From NCBI RefSeq assembly GCF_031769215.1, contig NW_026781978.1:1860001-1924000 (forward strand): 64,000 bases of DNA, in the 5' to 3' direction. This document shows positions 54,149 to 64,000 of the stretch, in pieces. A program made the position numbers and the translations under genes. How positions within the stretch are numbered: position 1 is the first letter of the stretch; the number at the start of each line of letters is the position of its first letter. Below the pieces are notes generated by a model. The model worked only from the letters and a program-made list of their open reading frames with translations, did not search any database and was not told the DNA's origin. Source of the stretch: Ylistrum balloti. Lineage: Eukaryota.

Positions 54149-54271
54149 TTTGCAAGGCTAAGCACCGTGCCAGCAGGGACCCATGTTCCGGATAGTGACC
54201 GTAGGGTGATGAAATCAATGAACTCTTCTATGGGCGTTGTCAGTTCTTATGCATGGAAGGGCTATAACTGA
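54149..54271 (+). CDS. Unannotated 110-aa protein, coding exon 2 (stop)
   Basis: ttttttcAG|TTT phase 0, in frame; FARLSTVPAGTHVPDSDRRVMKSMNSSMGVVSSYAWKGYN*. Confidence 0.8.
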   Translation, partial: FARLSTVPAGTHVPDSDRRVMKSMNSSMGVVSSYAWKGYN

Positions 54272-55908
54272 TCACCGTCGGTGTACCATTAACTTATCAT
54301 ATCTTCCATGAAAATTAATCCTGACTGTGCCATTCCATCGAAATATCAGGTTTATTTGACTTCCTTAATCAAAGCATGTGCGTGTTCAATTTTCATACTT
54401 AGACATCGTGATTACAATGCATATTATAGACTGCCAGATTTTGTTCAAGATCAGACGTCAACGTTTTATGTATATAGTGCATATTAACTGACTGTATGAA
54501 TGATTGCAACGACTGCCAAAAGGAACTGCATCTTTGCCTTGGTAATGAGTTGCTGCCAAAAATGTCCGAATCAGCATTCATTTCGGTATGTTTGTTTGTA
54601 TCAAATTCCTGATTTTCTCCGATGGTTCAAATCTTGTTGGGCTGACCAAAGGTCTAAGTAAATATTATTTCCAAGATAAATTTTCTCAAAAATAAATCTT
54701 TTGAAGTATTTTGCCTCAGATCACATTTCACTGCTTCAGACAAAATAGTTGTCATGAGGAAACTAGACACTAGAAACCAAAGCTTTACATGAACAAAAGT
54801 ACTACAACTAGATTTGCCTGGATTTTGGATCTTAATAAAAGCGTGTACTGATTTCTTTCAACATGACAGTTGTGTGAAACAAAAGGTCTTTGATACATGT
54901 ACTTGTGCATACTATTTCGTGTGTTATAAATATATATATATTAATATGATAGCTGAATTACAATGCTGAATATGAACAGATATGATGGACATACAGATAA
55001 AATACAATGAAATATTTGATACCTTCGTATCTCTAATGAGGAATTATACATTTAGATATAATGAAAAGTAACTAGTTGTTAATTGAAAAATAGTTTGCCA
55101 AATATTTTGTCGTAATGGAAATTTCATATTATCATGCCTTGGCAAAATTGAATAACTGTACATGTAATTATGTACTTCTAGATATCTCGTTTAGCTCATG
55201 TAAAATATAACCTTTGCATAATTGAATATATTGTTATATATAAAACACATTTATTGCAAATTTTGTGGTTATGCGATATTTTATGTTCGGGTATGAAATG
55301 AAATTTTGATGAATATACCATATTCGTCAATAAATTGTGCGCAAACAATTAGCAAATTACATTCTTGAAATAAAAAATTAAACATTATTGATTATTACAA
55401 ACCATATTTTAATCAATGTAAAAACAATGAATAGCATAATACGGGACACACATAAGTCTTGTTTGAATTTTTAGAATAAAAAAATGTTATAAATTATCAT
55501 TTTGACCAAAAAAATATTCACCAACAGTTGTAATCTATGGAAACGTCTGAGCAAATTAGGCCAAACTTACGACAAGAAAATTAGAAAATTGTATATTTAT
55601 AGAAAAAAACTAAATTGTGGATAATATTTTGGTATTGCCTTATACGGAACTAAAAAAACGTGGAAACAAATGCAAGTGAGAACTAGAGTGAACCAGACAT
55701 TTTTATATATCCTTGCATACATTCATCACTAGACTTTATGAGGAAAAAAGGTAATAGAAAAAACTACTATATATACTGCATATGTATGTTCAATCAAGCA
55801 CAAGGTATCCTACGACGTATTACCCTCGATAACAACACAAACAACTGGTTTCTTCTGGATATGTGATATCAACGCTTACTTGATCCTGTTCGAAAGACAT
55901 AGCGACAT

Positions 55909-56080
55909 TTACACGATCCATGCTCCCTTGGAACACTGACAGAAGCGAGATATCCGCAAGGGTAGAAAGCGGACGGCTGGAAGAGAGCCATTCTTTGGAC
56001 GTTCACCGTCTTCCACCATGATTGGCGTGAAGAACGAATTCTCTTCGCCACAGATTATTACAGGCCCGCAGTTGCTGCAT
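55909..56080 (-). CDS. Spaetzle/neurotrophin-like cystine-knot protein, exon 3 (stop)
   Basis: tttttgacAG|A phase 2; CSNCGPVIICGEENSFFTPIMVEDGERPKNGSLPAVRFLPLRISRFCQCSKGAWIV*, with a terminal CxC. The ORF track shows the wrong frame here. Confidence 0.82.
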
Positions 56081-57546
56081 CTGTCAAAAAGCGTGATAAT
56101 AAAGATAATTCATGCATACACTACTAGCTCCATAAAAAACATGGAAAGATGTTTTGGAAAGAATATTTCATACATATTAGTTGGTCACAAAACATATCTA
56201 TCCCAAAAGCATTTCAATGGTTTATCTGTTTTAAGGATTTCTTAGAATGGCGTTGTTTAGACTTGCATACAAATATCAAAATAGGAGTTTTACAAATATA
56301 TTAACCAAACTCCTACACTAACAGTACTTGATACATGAAATCATTTTGTCCTTTGCCAGTTCACATCAAACGTTTTTATTTCCGACATAATCGACCGAAT
56401 TATCCATTGCCCACTATTTATAGCATTTACAAAATTTACAGTCAAGATCAGTTATATAGTTTGATATACTTGCCCTTATGCCTTTATGCAAAAACAAGTC
56501 TTCCTAAAAAAATTAATGGTTCGACATTGTAGTGAAAATCTAGAGATATTACAAAATTTGTAATTATTTATTTATTTTTGGACCTAGAAAAAGACACAGG
56601 GTTTTATCAGTTTTTTGCCTTACCTAAAGTTTTTTTGGAAGTACTTGGGAGCTTTCATTTGATTCTATAAGATTACCATTTTAGATTTCTAACTGGAGAA
56701 AAATGGCATATAAATTGTACACTTGTATGACGGTTAGCTTTGATTGAACGCCATTATAAATCACATATTTGATCTATAGAATCAACCGGACTGCCATTAA
56801 AATGTTTCAAATGTCGTGCATTGGTATAGTATACCAAATGGAGATAATACTTATTGCACTGTCAATGCAGAGACAATAGTTGGAGTGATGGACACGATTT
56901 AAGTTAACTTGAAATATTCCTCTTTACATGTAAGTTATACCTGTTTTATAATTGTGATTTTGGTGTTTTGCATTGGTTATTTCATAATATATAGGAATCA
57001 GTGAAATCGAACCATTTGTCGGTATCATTTACCCACTGAAATTATAGGTTTTATATGTGGCAATTATGAAATTGGCGATTGATTCCATCCTACGTTACAA
57101 TAGTGACATTATAATAGTCATGCTTGGTTGTCATTCATGGTGCCTAACTACACACCCTTTCTTGTAAATCAATATGATGGCAATGTGCAAAATGAAAAAA
57201 AGAAAAGTTTGCCCGAAAACATTATTTGCAGCAACAAAAATGATTCTTTATGTATATATTTTAGGTTTGGAAGTGTTTGCGACGTGCAGTATACAGTTTC
57301 GATTTTATGAAGATTCGACCGCAAGTAGAAAATTGATATCAAATCAATTCCAAAGCAATATGTTAGACTGTCATGTGATTACATATTTTATTATTTACAT
57401 TTGTAAATGTACTTATAAGCTGATATAAAGTTTTGTGAAAGTAAATGTGAGTAAATTAAATAGTGGTGAATTTTTTTTATAAGCAGAAAAAAGAAACACT
57501 TGTTTTAGAAGCATTTTTGCAAGTAAAACGTTGATTAACCACTTAC

Positions 57547-57651
57547 GAACAGACGCCCTGGAAGATGATCTGGTAATTGTTCCTTGTCTGCACCACGTTG
57601 TAAACTGTGTTGTTGTAATCCACCTTCCACACGCGGTCTGCTACCCATTGT
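57547..57651 (-). CDS. Spaetzle/neurotrophin-like cystine-knot protein, exon 2
   Basis: ttttcatAG|A to TC|GTAAGT, phase 2/2; QWVADRVWKVDYNNTVYNVVQTRNNYQIIFQGVC. Not in the ORF track. Confidence 0.82.
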
Positions 57652-58177
57652 CTATGAAAAAGATAAAGAGAAGAAATTATGATGATGGTCTCATCGAGAA
57701 TGAAACTTGATATGTTTGATACTCATTGATGTACCTGGTGGTCCTGTTGTTGTTTACCTTATTCTCATTTGGGACCATGATACTACTTACATAAACTTCC
57801 ATTGTCCAATATTTGTATTGTGGGTGTCGATAAAGCAGAAGACGCTTACTCTTCCAAACCACGTGGCCTTATTCTCCTTGTCTTTATATATTATTTTCTT
57901 GTATTCTATTTGTCCCTGTCATTGAATTGGTGTTTGAATTATGATTCCGTGAACATGTCGGTGTTATCTTTTCCATCTTCCCAAACTAACTAACCATTAA
58001 AATGAAAAGCAATATCAGGGATGACCAAACATCGAAATTATTTAGTTATTATTAAGTTTTCATCTAGTGACAAATGATACTGCATTATACTGGTATGTGA
58101 CACTGCACGGCGTTATCAAGCACTTTTAAGCACCCTGTCCACAGCTATTTTGTTAACAAAAACTATCATGTACTCAC

Positions 58178-58482
58178 GTTTGACAACAGGAAGGACATGT
58201 TCGCCTTTTCGATCGTTCTGGACATTCTTGTTCTGCTTTCTCCTTCCTGTTCCTGGAAGGTTTCTCCTGTCTGTTTCCGGGATTGAAACGAAAGGTACGA
58301 TCCTTGTCTTTAATTGTTGCCAGCATGAGGGAGCCCATGTCCTCTTTTAACCCCTTTATGTCATCTTTAGATAAGAAAAGTCCCTGATATCCCGTCAGAT
58401 CATACTTATCACCACTGTAATGACCATGGTCTCCTGGGAATACGGCAAAGTAGACGGCAAGGACAAAGAATATTGTATACAT
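58178..58482 (-). CDS. Spaetzle/neurotrophin-like cystine-knot protein, first coding exon (signal peptide, prodomain, RSKR site)
   Basis: MYTIFFVLAVYFAVFPG signal peptide; charged prodomain; RSKRR-TCPSCCQ; donor AC|GTGAGT. Three exons give 193 aa. Confidence 0.82.
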
Positions 58483-59166
58483 AACGGCTTTCTTAATGAA
58501 ATCTGTTGTCTATAGAAGCAAAAATATCTTTTTCTACAAGTTTGTTCTTTTTTTCATTTACGAAGTAAACAGCAGTGTGCCGTCTTAAGAAACGAATTGC
58601 ATATGCCTGTTATGAAAACAAAGTACTAGTTTTATACCCGTCAAGATTAAAACAGGGGTTTTGTCAATCAAGATTTCAGTTCTGCATTTGCTAGAGTTCA
58701 AGTGAGGATTACATCCATCGTGTTAATATGTGTTTAACTCAAGGGCCATCCTCATGCTGTTATAGCAGAATCGATTTCTTAATCTTCTGCCGATGTTGAC
58801 AAGTGAGGAAGACTTGAGCGACACCGTGTGGGAATCCTTTTCTGACGAAATAATCCACTTTACGATTGTGATCTCCTTTGTCAAAAATATCTCAATATAT
58901 TGAACCAATACTAGCCAGACAAAGACTATTCAAGCAGGGAAACTAAGGATGTCATTATTTGGATCCTCTGAGACCTCAATTCGTCTTATTTTGATCGATT
59001 TAGTACTAAATAAACAGAAAGAACATATAAAACTAAGTAAACCCCATGACCCCACCTCTCACTGTTCATTTAATAATTTATATTATATTATATTATATCA
59101 TATCATATTATAATATATTATATTATATAAGGTATGAGACAAGACTTGACGATTGTGAAAACTGAG

Positions 59167-59955
59167 AGGAGTTTTAGGTACTGATAGCCTACAATACAGG
59201 AGTCTTAGGTACTGATAGCCTACAATAGAGGTGTTTTAGGTACTGATAACCTACAATACAGGAGTCTTAGGTACTGATAAACTACAATACAGGAGTCTTA
59301 GGTACCGATAACCCAAAATACAGGAGTCTTAGGTACTGATAACCCACAATACAGGAGTCTTAGGTACCGATAACCTACAATACAGGCGTTTTAGGTCCTG
59401 ATAACCTACAATACAGTAGTTTTAGGTACTGATAACTTACAATACAGTAGTCTTAGGTACTGATAACCTACAATACAGGAGTCTTAGGTACCGATAACCT
59501 ACAATACAGGGGTTTTAAGTACTGATAACCTACAATACAGGAGTCTTAGGTACTGATAACCTACAATACAGTAGTTTTAAGTACTGATAACCTACAATAC
59601 AGGAGTTTTAAGTACTGATAACCTACAATACAGTAGTCTTAGGTACTGATAACCTACAATACAGGAGTCTTAGGTACTGATAACCTACAATACAGGAGTT
59701 TTAAGTACTGATAACCTACAATACAGGAGTCTTAGGTACTGATAACCTACAATACAGGAGTTTTAAGTACTGATAACCTACAATACAGGAGTCTTAGGTA
59801 CTGATAACCTACAATACAGGAGTTTTAAGTACTGATAACCTACAATACAGGAGTCTTAGGTACTGATAACCTACAATACAGGAGTCTTAGGTACTGATAA
59901 CCTACAATGCAGGAGTTTTAAGTACTGATAACCTACAGTACAGGGGTTTTAGGTA
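59167..59955. repeat. 31-bp minisatellite array, about 25 copies
   Basis: Unit TTAGGTACTGATAACCTACAATACAGGAGTC; period 31 (59641, 59672). Confidence 0.97.
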
Positions 59956-62900
59956 TATCTGTTTGATTTTAGTGGTTACATTGCTACAAAAACTTGACCT
60001 TCAGTTACCCTAGATTGATATAGAGGGCATTTCCAATGTCATGATGAAGCAAATGTTTTTCTTCATATCTTTTTAATGATCACCTGTAAATCTCTTTGTT
60101 CATAATTTACTTGTAGTTAATGTAATACTTTTATTTTATGAAAATGTGTAAAAAAAATATGATCAGCTTGAAAATAAAACTGACAATATGATATGTTTTA
60201 GTGACATTTTTTTAGGTAATGGACATCAATAATTGACATTCGCTCATGGGACTTCCACTAACATATGAAATGTCATTTAACAGATATGTATACAGTTTAA
60301 TTGTGACCTGTAATCATGTCAGCAATACATTTCAGGTATCAATGGAAATCACATGAGTGAGTGATAATGACTTCTGGTTAGTTTGGGCTTTGAATGAGCT
60401 GATTCATCAGTATTGAAAAAAATTTGAAAACTTTAATTTAATGTCTTCTTTTACAGTCAGTTTTACAAAAGATCAGTCTCTAAGACACATTTTATATTGT
60501 TATTACTATTTCAAACTGATTATATCTTAACATATAACAGCATCTTACATTTTAATGACTAAATTACTGTATATCATGCCTTGTAGCCTCCTTACTGGTT
60601 GGGACTTGACAGAAGCCATCATGGTAAATTCCAAAATATTGGGCCTTGGAACATTGAGTCATAAGAAACGTTTCTTTGAATCAATATTTTCTTACATTTT
60701 TCCTTAAAAAAGAACAATAAAATTGTAATCATGAAGTACAAAATTATTCTTTATTCATCAATGTAACGAGACAGCTGCATTACATGTATGTGTATGTCAC
60801 ATCTGCATAAGCATCAGTTAGCATAATTGTAAATTGTGATTACATACAAGTATACATATTTTATCATTGTTTCCCCATTACCCTATCAATGATTTGATGG
60901 AATAATTGACAAAATATCTTTTAAAACAATTTGAAAAATGTCTTCTTGCTTGATTGTTCCATCCAGGAATGCTGAAACAAAAGTAATGGTTTGGTAGTCA
61001 ACAAAGATCTTTAGATTAACACTGCAGAAATACTACAATATCTTTAGTGAAGGCTATGCATTTGAAATTAACCGAACGTCAATGAAGAAGCAGTGATATA
61101 CTGTCTCCTATTTTAAAGGGAATGATATCTTCATTATCTAAACACCTAAATTGTTAATTAATTGTATTAACAATATGACAAGCAGGCATTGAATTCTCAC
61201 TTTGGTTTTTATCATTAATAAATCAAATATCATATTGGACTTTTTAATGTCAGAAATTTGTATTAGGATTTTGAGGAAATGTTTACAAAGCACATCTTTT
61301 TTTACATCAGAAATCATCTTATCAAAATAAAATTCTTGAATTATCTCCCTTTATACAGTTGTATCCCAAAACAAAACTAAAGCTGCAAACAAAAGTACAA
61401 GAATGAAATAATTATAAGATGCCAAGAACGCCTGTAATAATAAATGTTCAAATCAGAAATGACATATTGTATGTGTGTACATCATATAATAAAAACTGAT
61501 TCGTTATGATGATTTGCAGGTTTTTCCTGAAAGATGTTTGATATCTAGCTAATTCATTTCTAGGTCAATTATTTGAAGAAATTCTGTAGCATGCCATCCA
61601 AAGCACCTATTGATCAAATATCAGTACCCTGGGTCTTCTGAAACTTGAAAAGAAGATCCTCTATGTGTGTGACTTTAATACCACACATTCTACACCTGTG
61701 ACCTTGAGAACGGATCAAGGTAATTTATGTCAGGAAACTAACATCTTATCATCGATATCTATTGACATATTCGAGAAACATATTCTTAGAGATTTTTTTC
61801 TTTTCTAAATATAACTGATCCTTGTGATCTTGAAAACATGCCATAGTCATTCATATTTGAAACAATCTGTAGAACTCCAACCCAGATATGCCCTTGAAAA
61901 ATATTGGTATTCACCTGCTATAGTTTTCTGTAAGAAGTTAAAAAATTGGAGGATTGACACAAAGATGCATAACAAATCCTTTGCTATACCTTTCGACTGG
62001 AGTCTGTCTTGAAATTTTTACCTGGTACTTAAAAATGAAATTGAGGTTTTTAATTGTTGTAATTTTTGTTCTTTCCATGGTCACCTCTCTGCAGCCACAT
62101 CAAATCAGAATTTTCTTGTAGCATGTAATACAGGCTTGTCTTTCTGTACTCATCACTATTCTGAGGAGTGCTTTTCCAGACCTTAAGTTGCAAACTAGGG
62201 GGAGATAATTCTAAACTAGGTAAAAGAATTGCAATCTATAGATGGTTCACATGCTAAATGAAAGCTACTAAAGAGGGAATGATGGGTTGGGTCTCTTTTA
62301 TGTAATCAACCATATGAGAGCAATTTTCACACACATTTCCATCATTAGTAAAGAGCATATACTTTGTTTAGGTTAAATACTTACTGATACCAGTCATGTC
62401 CTTTATTTCCTCAAAGTTATTCAAGTAGGCTGGCCATACAATCTTATCAAAATAGCCAGGAACATCTGGGGGATCATAATCTCTTTCACTACAGACAAAG
62501 ACAACACACCAATCATTAAATATACATATATAACTTTTTTAGGTAACAAGGGGCATTTGTATTAGAGTCAGAAGTCAAATTCAATATAATACAACAAAGC
62601 CTATCATTTGGAACACATAATGAAACATCTACACAAAGTTTCATCATTGTCTGAAATAGTTTTGATTGTTAATCAAAAAGAAAGAAAGAAAAAAATAAGA
62701 TAAAGGCACCAGAAATCTCAGAATTCAAAAATTAAAGAATTATAATAGAGTCGTTTTGAAAGACCAAGCCAGTTACATGTCAGTGTACTGATACAGAACT
62801 TAAAGACTCTTTGGTAAGCACTCATATTTAAATACATACCATTTGTATGCTAATCTTATCATATTTTTTGCAAAATTCTTCACAGTATTTAAACTTTGAA

Positions 62901-64000
62901 GTACTTCAGTTAACTAAGGATTAAGGAAACTTGACTCTTTGTAATACACAAGTAATGTTTACTGTATTGTGGTGATGTAACTTCTTATTTGTTTACTGGA
63001 CATTTTGCAATAGGGTGTAAATTTCATGCTGAATGAAAGAGAACTCTTCTGTATATATCGAGTATGAAAAGTACATGTACATCACAATGTCAACGACAGT
63101 GAGAAGAGACGAGAGGGAATGCTTAATGCCTTTTGAAAGTGATTGTAACGAAAGCAGTAGCTGTCATGACCATTTGTATTCCAAGCGAACATTAGCTGAT
63201 GTTCAAGATAACACATGCTCAGACTCCAGTAGGGACTGTAGTGATGAGAGTGAGATGGGATTGCTCAACCTACCTCTACTCGATTCTGGGACTGGAAAGA
63301 CAGATATCCATTTGTGGAATTGTCTGTGTTGGCAGAGGCAAAATATGATTTAAAATATGAATTGGAGAAAGAAAAAAAAATGAAGTTATTACAGTTTATA
63401 TTAAGAGAAAGGACAACATCAGTTATTCCTTAGTCTGTTGTTGGTTGTAAGTTTGAAACCAAGTGGGTGGTATTGACATTGCTGTTGAATACAATGACTT
63501 CATTAATAAATATATATGTACATATATCATTATATTTTTATAAAAGTGTCGAAAAGTGTATTTATTAGGGTTGTATATAAACATAGTTTATGTGTTATGT
63601 AATGATACTACCCACTCAAAAAGGTTTCTGATAATTGTAAGGGAGACAACCTACCCCAGAAACCTCAGGAACAATGTAGGGTGTGCTATGTGAGCATTTT
63701 AAGTGTAAATATTGATATCTGTACACTAAATACAAACATAACTCACTTTGTAAATATTGTTTTGCATCTTTTTTTCACTTATGAAATACTTGTAAAGTAG
63801 ATATAGATTTCTTTTTTCAGTTTACTGTTTCTTTATGATGTTCAAGAACCCCATAAGAAACAGAAATGAAGAAAAAATTGAATTTGGAGAAATACCAGTT
63901 TTTTTAGCATTTTTAACAGCTCATTGGAATGCTTAAATTTTCAGAAAATCACTCACATGATAACCTAATCGCTATGTAAAAGTTTCAAGAAAATCTAGTG

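Noticed and set aside
55869-56051. ORF-track peptide MAKRIRSS... as a gene
   Set aside because: Wrong frame; the splice phase places the real exon in the frame reading CSNC...CQC.
7595-62170. Additional hammerhead cores at other CTGANGA sites
   Set aside because: The other CTGAAGA/CTGATGA/CTGACGA sites I checked on both strands lack a stem II followed by GAAA and a matching cleavage triplet.

Overview
AT-rich eukaryotic genomic DNA with spliced genes, most likely from a bivalve mollusc (inferred from a coiled-coil C1qDC gene, Helentron-like and Penelope-like repeats). I reconstructed the gene models by hand from GT-AG sites and reading-frame continuity. They are: one isolated arrestin-domain (ARRDC-like) exon (-); a 2-exon secreted C1q-domain gene (-); a 6-exon PARP16 (-) head-to-head with a 4-exon AK6 (+), start codons only 180 bp apart; a 2-exon 110-aa unannotated protein (+); and a 3-exon secreted, furin-site, Spaetzle/neurotrophin-like cystine-knot precursor (-). 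Most ORF-track entries are artefacts of four minisatellite arrays (34, 52, 40-42 and 31 bp units) and a Helentron-like element carrying 156-bp repeats. The best candidates for follow-up are a minimal type I hammerhead ribozyme (-, 44303-44351), the cystine-knot cytokine, the compact PARP16/AK6 bidirectional promoter and the 110-aa protein. There is no CRISPR array, rRNA or tRNA gene. All family assignments come from motif recognition, not database searches.
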